Source of the DNA: a virus
Lineage: Duplodnaviria; Caudoviricetes
Reading direction: 5' to 3' (one strand)
DNA: 64,000 bases
IMG/VR virus record: IMGVR_UViG_3300046786_000304
Location: 1-64,000 of that record
Shown: piece after piece, positions 1-9,368 of the stretch
How the letters are laid out: every line of letters begins with the position of its first letter
Numbering within the stretch: position 1 is the stretch's first letter
Translations under genes and position numbers: made by a program
The notes under the pieces: generated by a model
What the model saw: only the letters and a program-made list of their open reading frames with translations
What the model was told of the DNA's origin: nothing
Databases searched by the model: none

Positions 1-1
1 G

Positions 2-73
2 ACTAGCCCAGTCTTAGGCAAAGCACCCAAACAGCATCCTTTCAAGGGTCGTGCTGTTGGTGAGAGTCAATAA
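2..73 (+). CDS. 3' end of an upstream gene (partial; ...KQHPFKGRAVGESQ*)
   Basis: Frame 2 is open from the window edge to TAA at 71-73; that TAA is also the start of a TAAATA box. Confidence 0.45.
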   Translation, partial: TSPVLGKAPKQHPFKGRAVGESQ

Positions 74-76
74 ATA
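71..76 (+). promoter_or_regulatory. T4-late-like TAAATA box, 5 nt before ATG 82
   Basis: TAAATA-aaact-ATG; the same geometry recurs at four other loci. Confidence 0.5.
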
Positions 77-81
77 AAACT

Positions 82-450
82 ATGAGATTAGAAGGTTTTG
101 TAGCCAAGGGCTGGGGCTCGGAAAACATTTGGGCCACCAATGACAAATACTGTGGTAAGCTATTAAAGTTTAACCAGGGTGCTAAATTCAGTATGCACTT
201 TCATGCTGAAAAAGATGAGACATGGTATGTGTTAGATGGACTATTTAAAGTAATATTCATTGAAACTAAAGATGCCAGTCAACATGATGCAATACTTAAA
301 CCAGGCACAACATGGCGTAATAGGCCCATGCAACCACATCAACTAATTTGCTTAGAGGCCGGTACTATTATCGAAGTTAGCACTCCTGACAGCGTAGAAG
401 ATAATTATAGAGTGGCGCCTGGAGATAGTCAAAATGCGAGTAATGGTTAA
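82..450 (+). CDS. Cupin-fold protein (sugar-phosphate isomerase/epimerase-like)
   Basis: KGWG...SMHFHAEKDETWYVLDG and later PMQPHQL cupin metal motifs; next to a nucleotidyltransferase. Confidence 0.75.
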   Translation: MRLEGFVAKGWGSENIWATNDKYCGKLLKFNQGAKFSMHFHAEKDETWYVLDGLFKVIFIETKDASQHDAILKPGTTWRNRPMQPHQLICLEAGTIIEVSTPDSVEDNYRVAPGDSQNASNG

Positions 451-853
451 TGGTACTTTTGATATCCTGCATCGCGGGCATATCGAAATGTTAAACTACG
501 CAAAAAGTCGTGGTGATTATTTACTAATAGCGATAGACACAGATCGTCGAGTTAAAGAGTTAAAAGGCCCAACACGCCCTATTAACAATCAAGAAGATCG
601 CAAGTTTCATTTATTAAATCTTAAAGCAGTTGACGAAGTTGTATTCTTTGACAGCAAAGAACAGCTTATAGATATAATGAAACTGTATAGTCCCGATGTA
701 TATGTTAAAGGCAGTGACTGGAAAAAAGATCGTCCTAGCACAGCAGAGCAATACTGTAAACAAGTAATTTATTATGATAGGGTAGGTGATTACTCTACCA
801 CAAACACCATACTTCGTATTAGTTCGCCAAATGAACAAAAGATAAATAATTAA
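434..853 (+). CDS. Cytidylyltransferase-like nucleotidyltransferase (RfaE-II/TagD type)
   Basis: NGTFDILHRGH (HxGH), RP...EDR, YVKGSDW, YSTT. Confidence 0.85.
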   Translation: MRVMVNGTFDILHRGHIEMLNYAKSRGDYLLIAIDTDRRVKELKGPTRPINNQEDRKFHLLNLKAVDEVVFFDSKEQLIDIMKLYSPDVYVKGSDWKKDRPSTAEQYCKQVIYYDRVGDYSTTNTILRISSPNEQKINN

Positions 854-868
854 AAGGAATAAATTGTC

Positions 869-1309
869 ATGGACGAACTCTCGCAAGCACTTAAAATAGT
901 ATTAGCAAATCATTATGCTTATAGCTTAAAAGCACAAAACTTTCACTGGAACGTGGAAGGACCAGACTTTAAACAGTATCACGAATTGTTTGGAGATATC
1001 TATGATGAAGTTTATGGTAGCGTAGATACTATTGCTGAACGTGTTCGTACTATTGGCTTTTACACACCTGGTAGTTTTAGACGTTATTTAGAACTAAGTC
1101 AAATCGAAGATCAAGTTGAGATCCCAAATTCTCGTTCAATGATTGAAAAACTATTAGCAGATATCAGTGTAGTACAAACTAGCATTAAAGTTTGCTACGA
1201 CTTAGCCGAACAAAACAGTAATCACGGACTAAGTAATTTGATGGCTGAAAGACAAGATGCATTTGCAAAACATGCATGGATGTTAACAGCTACATTAAAA
1301 AATAGATAA
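869..1309 (+). CDS. dps: Dps/ferritin-like DNA-binding protein from starved cells
   Basis: KAQNFHWNVEGPDFKQYHELF...DTIAER; KHAWML terminus; SD AAGGA upstream. Confidence 0.9.
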   Translation: MDELSQALKIVLANHYAYSLKAQNFHWNVEGPDFKQYHELFGDIYDEVYGSVDTIAERVRTIGFYTPGSFRRYLELSQIEDQVEIPNSRSMIEKLLADISVVQTSIKVCYDLAEQNSNHGLSNLMAERQDAFAKHAWMLTATLKNR

Positions 1310-1563
1310 TGCAACAAACTGAAAAGATAGTAAAAGATTTAGTTAAAGTAACATTAACAGAATCACAAACAGCCGCGTTAGTATCATTCATTGACGATCG
1401 CGGCACAACAATATTCAAAAACAGCAACTTACTCAAAGTCATCAACAAAAATGACTTTGCGTCTGTCCCCACTGAACTAGCAAAATGGGTAATTGAAAAT
1501 GGTAGAGTTCGTACAGAACTTGAACTGTTACGCCAAAAAGAAATTGCTTTGTTTACCAAATAA
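1309..1563 (+). CDS. GH24 lysozyme-like protein, C-terminal lobe only (84 aa)
   Basis: LTESQTAALVSF...NSNLLKVIN...ELAKWV..NG...RQKEIALF follows the GH24 C-lobe pattern; TAATG coupling to dps. Confidence 0.6.
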   Translation: MQQTEKIVKDLVKVTLTESQTAALVSFIDDRGTTIFKNSNLLKVINKNDFASVPTELAKWVIENGRVRTELELLRQKEIALFTK

Positions 1564-1566
1564 TCA

Positions 1567-1594
1567 TTGACTTTAAACAACAAGGTGCTATAAT
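1567..1594 (+). promoter_or_regulatory. Sigma70-like promoter TTGACT-N16-TATAAT
   Basis: Near-consensus hexamers upstream of SD AAGGAG and ATG 1616. Confidence 0.65.
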
Positions 1595-1615
1595 AACTAC
1601 TTTAAAGGAGTTACT

Positions 1616-1873
1616 ATGGACCCGCGAATGTTCAGTGCCGATGAAAAGGCAAAAATCAAAAAGCTGTTTGCCGAAGGCATTCAAGTAATGAGTGAAGTCA
1701 ATGCACTCAATGAAGGTCTCTCTGAGACCATTAAAGCTATTGCAGAAGAACTAGATATGAAACCTGGTGTACTTAAAAAGGCTCTGCGTATTGCTTACAA
1801 AAACGAATTTGAAAAAGAACAAAATGCTTTCACTGAAGTGGAAGAAGTTCTTGAAGTAGCAGGTCATCGTTGA
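1616..1873 (+). CDS. Small helical dsDNA-binding protein (T4 DsbA/GapR-like)
   Basis: 85 aa helical pattern ...LSETIKAIAEELDMKPGVLKKALRIAYK; lies just upstream of the polymerase. Confidence 0.5.
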   Translation: MDPRMFSADEKAKIKKLFAEGIQVMSEVNALNEGLSETIKAIAEELDMKPGVLKKALRIAYKNEFEKEQNAFTEVEEVLEVAGHR

Positions 1874-2109
1874 TTAAATTCCTAAAAGAACAAACTTGGC
1901 AATTCTATTTTGAGTGGCTATGTACTGCTACTCTTATCTTCGGAGTTGCCCTGACCAGTTATAATGTTTATCCGCTAAACATTTGGATCAGTTGCCTAGG
2001 CAATCTAGGTTGGTTCGTTCTTGGTATCCTATGGCGCAAGTGGAGTTTGATTATTGTTCAACTTATAGTTACATTAATCTATGTTGCAGGAATATATAAT
2101 ATACTATGA
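1870..2109 (+). CDS. Small membrane protein (about 3 TM segments), TTG start
   Basis: Hydrophobic throughout; overlaps both neighbours by 4 nt; resembles 26814..27044. Confidence 0.65.
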   Translation: MIKFLKEQTWQFYFEWLCTATLIFGVALTSYNVYPLNIWISCLGNLGWFVLGILWRKWSLIIVQLIVTLIYVAGIYNIL

Positions 2110-4751
2110 GTTATGTTGACGCAGTTTATGTAAAAGATAAAGACCTTATCAATGTTGTAGAACGAGTCGATGGCGTCAGGAAGTTTAAAAGTTTCCCGGC
2201 ACATTACTTGTTTTATTATCCAGATAATAAAGGTCAATACACAGGCATTGATGGTAAGAGACTGACCAAAGTTGCTGTGGCCAGTAACAAGGCTTTTGAA
2301 AAAGAAAAGCGCATCTATGGACACAAACAACTTTATGAAAGTGATATTAAACCTCTTAATCGTTGTTTAGAAACAAACTATCTAAATGCAGATGCCCCAA
2401 AGCTTAACAAGGCATTTTTTGATATTGAGGTTGCTTACAATAAAGAAAAAGGATTTGCTGACCCCAGCGATCCTTTTAATCCCATTACCGCTATCTCTGT
2501 ACACTGTGGCTGGTTAGACAAACTAATTACGTTAGTTATTAAACCAGAGAAGATGGAACAAGATCAAGCAGAAGCAATCGTTGCTAGATTTGATGATACC
2601 ATTCTTTGCCCAGATGAAGAAGATATGTTAGATACATTTCTAACTATTATTGATGACGCTGATATATTAAGTGGTTGGAATAGCGAGGGCTATGACGTAC
2701 CTTATACAGTTAATAGAATTATTAAACTTATGGGTGCAGAACATACTAAACGATTCTGTTTATGGGGCGGCAAACCTAAAAAACGTGAATACGAAAAGTA
2801 TGGTAAGATCAGTGAGACATATGACTTTGTCGGTCGTGTACACTTAGACTATCTTGACTTGTATCGCAAGTATACCTATCACGAACTTCACACATATCGT
2901 TTAGATTATGTAGGTGAGATTGAGATTGGCGAAACAAAAGTTCACTATGAAGGCACATTAGATCAACTTTATAACAATGACTTTGAAAAGTTTATTGCGT
3001 ATAACAGGCAAGATACTATGTTGCTTTACAAGATGGATGCCAAACTACAATACATTGACTTAGTTAATGTATTGGCACATGCAAACACAGTTACACTACG
3101 CACAACAATGGGCGCGGTGGCTATGACTGACCAAGCGATTATTAACGAAGCTCACGGAAGAGGAGTGATGGTAATGGATCGTAAGCGCGGCGATGGGATT
3201 GAAACACAGGCAGCAGGTGCTTATGTTGCTTATCCCAAAAAAGGAGTTCATGACTGGATTGGATCAATGGACTTGAACAGCCTGTATCCTTCCTTAATTC
3301 GTGCTCTTAACATGAGTCCAGAAACAATCGTTGGACAAATACGTCAACAACAAACTAAACAAGAAATTAAAGAGTGGTTAGCCAAAGGCGAAGGCTTTGC
3401 TGACTATTGGGATGGTAAGTTTGCTGTTCACGAATATGATCATGTCATGTCTAAAAATAAAGGCTATGATGTAATCATTGATTGGGAAGATGGAAGAAGC
3501 ACAGAGATGTCTGCCGCAGAAGCATATGAACTAATTTATCTAAGTGGCAATCCTTGGATGTTAACTGCCAACGGTACAATATTTACTTTTGAAAAGCAGG
3601 GTGTTATTCCTGGCTTGTTGGCACGTTGGTATAGTGAACGTAAAGAGCTTCAAAAGAAAGCTAAGGAAGCATATGGCACTGATATGTTTGAGTATTGGGA
3701 CAAGCGACAACTAGTTAAAAAGATTAATTTGAATTCTTTATATGGTGCTTTGCTTAATGCAGGTTCAAGATTCTTTGACCAACGCATGGGTCAGAGTACA
3801 ACACTATGCGGCAGGCAAGTTGCTAAACACATGGCCAGTCAAGTAAATGAAATGTTTACAGGAGAATATGATCACGTAGGTAAAACTATTATCTATGGTG
3901 ATACTGACTCTTGTTACTTTAGTGCTTATCCAATTTACAAAGAACAAATTGCTCGTAATGAAATCGAATGGACTCGAGATAAAATTATTGAGCTATATGA
4001 TACTGTAGCTGATGAAGTTAATGCCACGTTCCCTGGCTTTATGAACCAAGCATTTAATTGTCCTACTAACTACGGTGAGATTATTAAAGCAGGACGAGAA
4101 GTTGTTGCTAGTAAAGGCTTGTTCATTACTAAAAAGCGTTATGCTGTTCTTATCTATGACAAAGAAGGTAAACGCAAAGACATAGATGGAAGTCTAGGCG
4201 AAATTAAAGCTATGGGTCTTGACTTGAAACGTGCAGATACTCCTGAGTATATGCAAAAGTTTTTAGAAAGTATTTTACTAATGGTACTTAACGGGCAGGA
4301 CAAGCAAGACGTTATTGATGCTATCAATGAATTTAGAACTGAATTCAAAAAGAAGCCTGGATGGGAGAAAGGTACACCCAAGCGTGTTAACAACTTGACA
4401 AAGCATACCGAAGTCTTTAAGAAAACCGGTAAGTGTGGTGTCGGCCATGCGTTAGCATCTATTAATTGGAATAGATTTAAAAAAGCACACAGTGACCAAC
4501 GCAGTATGGACATTACTGATGGTATGAAGGTTATTGTGTGTAAACTAAAATCAAATCCAGCTGGCATCACAAGCATAGCTTATCCAACCGATGAACTTCG
4601 TTTACCAGAATGGTTTAAAGAATTACCTTTTGATAATTCAGCAATGGAATCTACTATTATTGACAATAAAGTGGATAACCTAATTGGAGTTCTTGACTGG
4701 GATATCAGTGCTAGTAATCAAAAAACTAGCTTTGATTTGTTGTTTAGGTAA
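2106..4751 (+). CDS. Family-B DNA polymerase (gp43-like) with 3'-5' exonuclease
   Basis: FFDIE (ExoI), YNRQD (ExoIII), SMDLNSLYPS, KKINLNSLYG, YGDTDS, KKRY. Confidence 0.97.
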   Translation: MSYVDAVYVKDKDLINVVERVDGVRKFKSFPAHYLFYYPDNKGQYTGIDGKRLTKVAVASNKAFEKEKRIYGHKQLYESDIKPLNRCLETNYLNADAPKLNKAFFDIEVAYNKEKGFADPSDPFNPITAISVHCGWLDKLITLVIKPEKMEQDQAEAIVARFDDTILCPDEEDMLDTFLTIIDDADILSGWNSEGYDVPYTVNRIIKLMGAEHTKRFCLWGGKPKKREYEKYGKISETYDFVGRVHLDYLDLYRKYTYHELHTYRLDYVGEIEIGETKVHYEGTLDQLYNNDFEKFIAYNRQDTMLLYKMDAKLQYIDLVNVLAHANTVTLRTTMGAVAMTDQAIINEAHGRGVMVMDRKRGDGIETQAAGAYVAYPKKGVHDWIGSMDLNSLYPSLIRALNMSPETIVGQIRQQQTKQEIKEWLAKGEGFADYWDGKFAVHEYDHVMSKNKGYDVIIDWEDGRSTEMSAAEAYELIYLSGNPWMLTANGTIFTFEKQGVIPGLLARWYSERKELQKKAKEAYGTDMFEYWDKRQLVKKINLNSLYGALLNAGSRFFDQRMGQSTTLCGRQVAKHMASQVNEMFTGEYDHVGKTIIYGDTDSCYFSAYPIYKEQIARNEIEWTRDKIIELYDTVADEVNATFPGFMNQAFNCPTNYGEIIKAGREVVASKGLFITKKRYAVLIYDKEGKRKDIDGSLGEIKAMGLDLKRADTPEYMQKFLESILLMVLNGQDKQDVIDAINEFRTEFKKKPGWEKGTPKRVNNLTKHTEVFKKTGKCGVGHALASINWNRFKKAHSDQRSMDITDGMKVIVCKLKSNPAGITSIAYPTDELRLPEWFKELPFDNSAMESTIIDNKVDNLIGVLDWDISASNQKTSFDLLFR

Positions 4752-4765
4752 CTAAATAAAATACA

Positions 4766-4818
4766 GGACATGTTTGGCACATGTTCATCACTTAGCAAAG
4801 TATATTTTGGTAATATAC
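4766..4818 (+). other. Two hairpins with near-identical loops in the pol/clamp intergenic region
   Basis: GGACATGT-ttggc-ACATGTTC (4766-4786) and GTATATT-ttggt-AATATAC (4800-4818), downstream of CTAAATA at 4752. Confidence 0.4.
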
Positions 4819-4821
4819 ATA

Positions 4822-4851
4822 TTGACTATCTAAACCTAAATATAGTATAAT
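4822..4851 (+). promoter_or_regulatory. Composite promoter TTGACT-N18-TATAAT with CCTAAATA in the spacer
   Basis: ttgactatctaaacctaaatatagtataat; SD AGGAG at 4861 and TTG start at 4873. Confidence 0.6.
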
Positions 4852-4872
4852 TTACTATAAAGGAGAATTAAT

Positions 4873-5622
4873 TTGAAAGACATATTTTTTGACATTGTCA
4901 AGCATACGGCTAGTATTGGCTTTTTTGACTTGGCTAAAATCAATGGGACTGATAAAAAGACAGAAATTAAGGCAGGGGACAAAGGCGGAGATAACTTGTC
5001 TGTTCTGCTTGAAGCTGAACTTAAATCACCAAACAAAGGGCTTGTTGGTGAAATTGGATTTGGAAACTTGAGTGTGCTCAACGGCATTACTAGTTTATAT
5101 AACAAAGACGGTGCAACTGTCAAAGTAGACACAAATGAAGATGGCGTTCCTAGCTATATTCGATTTAGTGATGCCGATGGAAATAACGACAGTTATAGAT
5201 TAATGAACATATCATTAATCGATGATGCGTTACCTGCTGAACCAGCTAACGTTAAATGGGAAATTACTTTTAAACCATCTAAAAGTAAAATTATAGAAAT
5301 GGGTGCAAAAGCTAGCGTGTACTCATCTATTGATCCATTCTTTACTGCAAAAACAATAAGTTCAGATGATGCCAATGATGTTATTTTTACATTTGGTAAT
5401 ATAGCAGATACTCACGGTAAGATGTTGTTTACTGGTGGCGTTAAAAAATCAATGAACGAAAGCATGAGATTTCCAATTGATAAATTTTTATCAATACTTA
5501 AATTGGGTATTGGTGCACCGGATACTAATGTAACTGTGCATTTTAGCCAATTTGCATGTATGATTACTATTGATAATAGTGTCGGTACATATAATTATGT
5601 TTTGTTAGGACATAGAGAATAA
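4873..5622 (+). CDS. Putative sliding clamp/processivity factor (gp45/PCNA-like)
   Basis: 249 aa alpha/beta protein right after the polymerase; size and position fit, no diagnostic motif (inference). Confidence 0.4.
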   Translation: MKDIFFDIVKHTASIGFFDLAKINGTDKKTEIKAGDKGGDNLSVLLEAELKSPNKGLVGEIGFGNLSVLNGITSLYNKDGATVKVDTNEDGVPSYIRFSDADGNNDSYRLMNISLIDDALPAEPANVKWEITFKPSKSKIIEMGAKASVYSSIDPFFTAKTISSDDANDVIFTFGNIADTHGKMLFTGGVKKSMNESMRFPIDKFLSILKLGIGAPDTNVTVHFSQFACMITIDNSVGTYNYVLLGHRE

Positions 5623-5948
5623 TGGCAACTAAAAAATTAACCCCAGTAAAACGCAAGCCCGCTCCTGTCAATGATATTGACATCGAGGAAGAAGTTGCGC
5701 CTACTAAGGCAAAAGCTAAAGCAAAAGTTTCTGATACAAAAGATTCACCTGCGTCAGATCCCGGTGCGTTATACACACGTACTGAAGTTCTTGAAGAACT
5801 TAAAAAGCAAACAGAATATCTACACAGAGTAGATTGGAAGCTGTGGATGATCATGAACATGGTTCGTATCATCGGTGAAGAAAATGGATATACATTTAGG
5901 CTACACCAAGGTCTCAGCGACATGGATAATATTAAGGAGAATGAATAA
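5622..5948 (+). CDS. Hypothetical protein with DWKLW motif
   Basis: TAATG coupling; EELKKQTEYLHRVDWKLW. Confidence 0.65.
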   Translation: MATKKLTPVKRKPAPVNDIDIEEEVAPTKAKAKAKVSDTKDSPASDPGALYTRTEVLEELKKQTEYLHRVDWKLWMIMNMVRIIGEENGYTFRLHQGLSDMDNIKENE

Positions 5949-6214
5949 TGAATGAGAAACAAGCAGATGCAATGTTAAAAAGTCTTAAGAGAATTGAAAG
6001 TTTCCTTGAGGCTATTGATTGGAAGTTATGGAATTTCCATCAAAAGGTTATCGGTGAAGGTACACCTGCTGAAAACGAAACACCAACTAGTGAAGACGAA
6101 GAAACAGAACAGTTGGCTGCTGTTATAGATACGCCAAAGGCAAGACCTGCAAGCGAAACAAAAAAATCAGCGGCTGCTATTCCCGGATATCCAACTATTG
6201 AAAAATGGAATTAA
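5948..6214 (+). CDS. Hypothetical protein with DWKLW motif
   Basis: TAATG coupling, SD AAGGAG; KSLKRIESFLEAIDWKLW. Confidence 0.65.
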   Translation: MNEKQADAMLKSLKRIESFLEAIDWKLWNFHQKVIGEGTPAENETPTSEDEETEQLAAVIDTPKARPASETKKSAAAIPGYPTIEKWN

Positions 6215-6215
6215 A

Positions 6216-6590
6216 ATGAAGAAAATGATTTGGGTTACCTTCCAAAAAGAAGGCATTCACAAATATCCAGCGGCTCTGACTGATCCGAACTTGGCTACAG
6301 GAGATGAATATGATGTTAGCTTTCTTGGCTATCCTCACAGACACATGTTCCATTTTAAAGTAGCTATTGAAGTGTTTCATGATGATCGTGATATTGAATT
6401 TATTCAATTCAAACGCTGGTTGGAAAATCTTTATAAAGGTGCTATACTAGCATTAGATTTTAAAAGTTGCGAAATGATCGCAGAAGATTTGTACACACAA
6501 ATAAATGCTCGCCATCCCGGCAGAGCAGTAACCATAGAAGTAAGTGAGGATGGTGAAAATGGATGCTACATTCAATTTGAACAGAAGTAA
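6216..6590 (+). CDS. QueD-like T-fold protein (DpdL-like LxxxHRHxF motif)
   Basis: LGYPHRHMFHF, SCEMIAEDL, VSEDGENG; start moved to ATG 6216 after the upstream TAA; just upstream of dpdA. Confidence 0.75.
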   Translation: MKKMIWVTFQKEGIHKYPAALTDPNLATGDEYDVSFLGYPHRHMFHFKVAIEVFHDDRDIEFIQFKRWLENLYKGAILALDFKSCEMIAEDLYTQINARHPGRAVTIEVSEDGENGCYIQFEQK

Positions 6591-6600
6591 GGTGCGAACT

Positions 6601-6957
6601 ATGAATCAATATCATAGCAATGTAAGTCGCGCAATGATTAATATCAATGATATTAAATACGACTTGCTAAAAATTGCCGAACTATATGACGGCATTTTAC
6701 AAGAAGGCTTGGGTCACTTGCCTGCAGATATGTTCCAAGCATATCTCAGTGACATGCGAGCCGATCGGTGGATTCACAGCTATGAAATCACCGAAGTTAT
6801 GCTTAAGGAGCATAGCTACACATACGATGTTAGTATTCAAATTACTAATGATCGTACTCCTAAGAAGCTGAAGATTCACGTCGGCTTATACAAGAGTGCA
6901 TGGCCAGACTTGGCGTCTACTATGAAATACAATGGTAGCGGCTATGTCACTAAGTAA
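6601..6957 (+). CDS. Hypothetical protein (118 aa)
   Basis: ATG 6601 follows AAGGTG; fills the gap between the T-fold gene and dpdA. Confidence 0.6.
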   Translation: MNQYHSNVSRAMININDIKYDLLKIAELYDGILQEGLGHLPADMFQAYLSDMRADRWIHSYEITEVMLKEHSYTYDVSIQITNDRTPKKLKIHVGLYKSAWPDLASTMKYNGSGYVTK

Positions 6958-8500
6958 TAAAACTAGAATTGACTTGCAGGCAAGGAACAAAGATTATGCT
7001 GTGTTCCTTCCTAGTATCAGCACGTTCTTTCAAACATTTATTAGTAAACAACAGCACGACAAGTTTGTTCCTGACGAACGTTTGTCGTCCGAGTTTGAAA
7101 CTGGCGTAGAAGGATTTAACTTTCTTAATAAGGAAGATTCTTACTTCTACTATCCAGATGCATTGTATTCTGCAGGACACGCACAATTAGATATTACTAA
7201 AAGTGACGTTGAAGAATCGATGATTCAAAAGCGAGATAGAAAGAATACTTTTATCTTAGGTGACTCGGGTGGATTCCAGATTGGTAAAGGTGTTATTAAC
7301 TTTGACTGGCAGCATTTCTGGGAACAACAAGGCGACAATGGATATGTTGGCACTGCTGATAAAACTAGGATGTCAATCCTTAATTGGCTAGAACATACTG
7401 CTGATTACAGTATGGTGCTTGATATTCCAACTTGGGCTTATGATAAAAACAATGGACCTAGGACCGGATTAAAAAGCTTTAAAGATTGTTTAGATGGAAC
7501 ATTGTTTAACAATGATTTCTTTTTACGCAATCGTAAAGGCCAAACTAAGTTCTTAAATGTGCTACAAGGCGCCAACAATGAGGACGCAGAAGTTTGGTAT
7601 CAAGCTGTTAAAAGTTTACCTTTTGAAGGTTGGGCTATGGGTGGCAATAACATGAAGGACATCAATTTATTGCTACGTCGATTGATTACTATGCGTGATG
7701 AAAAGTTGCTTGAGCCAGGGCGTGATGTTATGCACTTTCTAGGTACCAGTAAACTTGAACTTGCTTGTTTGTTGACTGCTATCCAACGTAACATCAAAGA
7801 ACATGTTAATCCTAACATGAAAGTTACATTTGATTGTGCAAGCCCTTTCTTAGCTACTGCTTATGGTCAAGCTTATACACAACACGTTCACACAAACAAA
7901 CGCTTTAGTTACATTATGGATAAGGCTATTGATGACAGACGCCTTGCTGGTAGTAACACTCCTTGGCCATGGAATAGTCCAATCGGCGAACGCATGACTA
8001 TGGGCGATGTTTGTTATTACAAACCAGGCGATTTGAATAAGTTAGGCAAGGAAGGTAGAACTAGTTGGGATAGCTTTAGTTACTTCTTAATGATGTCGCA
8101 CAATGTTTATCAACACATTGAATCGGTACAACGTGCTAATGCTCTTGTTGACACTGCATGTGCATTACAAAAACCTAATCCAAGTGAGTTTAGTAAATCT
8201 AAAGGCTTTAACGCAGAATTAAGTAATTGGGTTCCCAGGTCTGTCATTTATGGTGTAGAACTTATTAATAGAATTTTTACAAGCGAAACTCCGTTTAGTG
8301 ATTTAGATAAAGCACAAGCATTGTTAGCAGACCTTAATGGTAAGAAAACTTTAAAAACTACGGCAGAAAGTCGTAACGCAGTGTTCAAGTCCAAGACAAC
8401 AGTTCGTCCGGACAAAGGCAATGACAACGACGCCGAAGCGGCCGAATCTTGGGACATTGACCAAGCTGATGAAATCCTCAATGAGGCATTGAATGGCTAA
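6944..8500 (+). CDS. dpdA: DpdA-like DNA deazaguanine transglycosylase (TGT fold)
   Basis: LGDSGGFQIGKG, VLDIP, LNVLQG, GWAMGG, HFLG, TFDCASPF, SHN; no CxCxxC Zn site; FolE/QueE/QueD-like genes in the same region; start 6944 or 6932. Confidence 0.8.
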   Translation: MSLSNKTRIDLQARNKDYAVFLPSISTFFQTFISKQQHDKFVPDERLSSEFETGVEGFNFLNKEDSYFYYPDALYSAGHAQLDITKSDVEESMIQKRDRKNTFILGDSGGFQIGKGVINFDWQHFWEQQGDNGYVGTADKTRMSILNWLEHTADYSMVLDIPTWAYDKNNGPRTGLKSFKDCLDGTLFNNDFFLRNRKGQTKFLNVLQGANNEDAEVWYQAVKSLPFEGWAMGGNNMKDINLLLRRLITMRDEKLLEPGRDVMHFLGTSKLELACLLTAIQRNIKEHVNPNMKVTFDCASPFLATAYGQAYTQHVHTNKRFSYIMDKAIDDRRLAGSNTPWPWNSPIGERMTMGDVCYYKPGDLNKLGKEGRTSWDSFSYFLMMSHNVYQHIESVQRANALVDTACALQKPNPSEFSKSKGFNAELSNWVPRSVIYGVELINRIFTSETPFSDLDKAQALLADLNGKKTLKTTAESRNAVFKSKTTVRPDKGNDNDAEAAESWDIDQADEILNEALNG

Positions 8501-9368
8501 AGCACTTATAATTGGTTTAGGTTTTGGACAGGCTGTATATAAGCCTGTTCTAACAGAACTTGGTTATGAAGTTGTTACTGTTGACATGGATACATCTAAG
8601 GGTGCTGATTTTTCGAACCTAGACGATGCTATTCGTGTCCATGGTAAATTTGATACTGTTAATATTTGCACTCCGAACTTTACGCATATTAAATTGGCAA
8701 GGAAAGTTGCCTCCTTAAGCAAAATTGTTTTTGTCGAAAAGCCGGGAGTTGTTAATAGCGAAGCATGGAAACAACTATGTATTGATTATCCTAATACTCG
8801 TTTTATGATGGTTAAAAATAATCAATACAGAGATTCAATTAAACAATTTAAAGAACTAGCTGACAAAAGCAATATAGTTAAAGTTATTTGGAATAACAAA
8901 AATAGAATTCCAAACCCAGGTAGCTGGTTCACCACAAAAGATTTAGCATTCGGCGGCGTTAGTCGCGACTTAATCCCACACATGTTAAGTTATTATGTGG
9001 CATTGACAGATTACACAAAAGGTAATAAACTATACGCTACTGCATTACAACGACATGAACTCAAGAATATTATTGATACTGATTACGGCAGGGTTGATCA
9101 TAATGGCACTTACAATGTCGACGACTTTTGTGAATTCGAATTCAGCAATCGCAGTACCAAGTGGATATTAAGTGCCAATTGGAAAGACGACAACGCCGAT
9201 GACGTTTATATTAGCTTTGATGATGTTAAGTTTCCATTAGGCTTGTGTCCAGAAGATGCGTATAAAGCAATGATAGAAAATGCTGTTAACAACCTAAATA
9301 ATGATGAGTTCTGGCAAGAACAACTTGCGCAGGATATATGGATCCACAAACAAATAGAAAATTTATGA
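8493..9368 (+). CDS. Gfo/Idh/MocA-family oxidoreductase
   Basis: IIGLGFG Rossmann motif, ICTPNFTH, VFVEKPG. Confidence 0.85.
   Translation: MAKALIIGLGFGQAVYKPVLTELGYEVVTVDMDTSKGADFSNLDDAIRVHGKFDTVNICTPNFTHIKLARKVASLSKIVFVEKPGVVNSEAWKQLCIDYPNTRFMMVKNNQYRDSIKQFKELADKSNIVKVIWNNKNRIPNPGSWFTTKDLAFGGVSRDLIPHMLSYYVALTDYTKGNKLYATALQRHELKNIIDTDYGRVDHNGTYNVDDFCEFEFSNRSTKWILSANWKDDNADDVYISFDDVKFPLGLCPEDAYKAMIENAVNNLNNDEFWQEQLAQDIWIHKQIENL

Noticed and set aside
4770-4850. 26-codon ORF MFGTCSSLSKVYFGNIHIDYLNLNIV in the pol/clamp gap
   Set aside because: The AGGA is only 1 nt from the ATG, and the ORF runs through two hairpins and a promoter; a regulatory role explains the region better.
6601-6957. Resemblance to the tail-sheath C-terminal domain (YLSDMRADRWIHSYEI...)
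   Set aside because: The similarity is a vague alpha/beta pattern only and the context is non-structural; unsupported without a profile search.
6944-8500. Calling this a tRNA-guanine transglycosylase (tgt) for queuosine
   Set aside because: It lacks the CxCxxC Zn site, is much longer than bacterial Tgt, and sits with replication and deazaguanine-synthesis genes; DNA-acting DpdA fits better.
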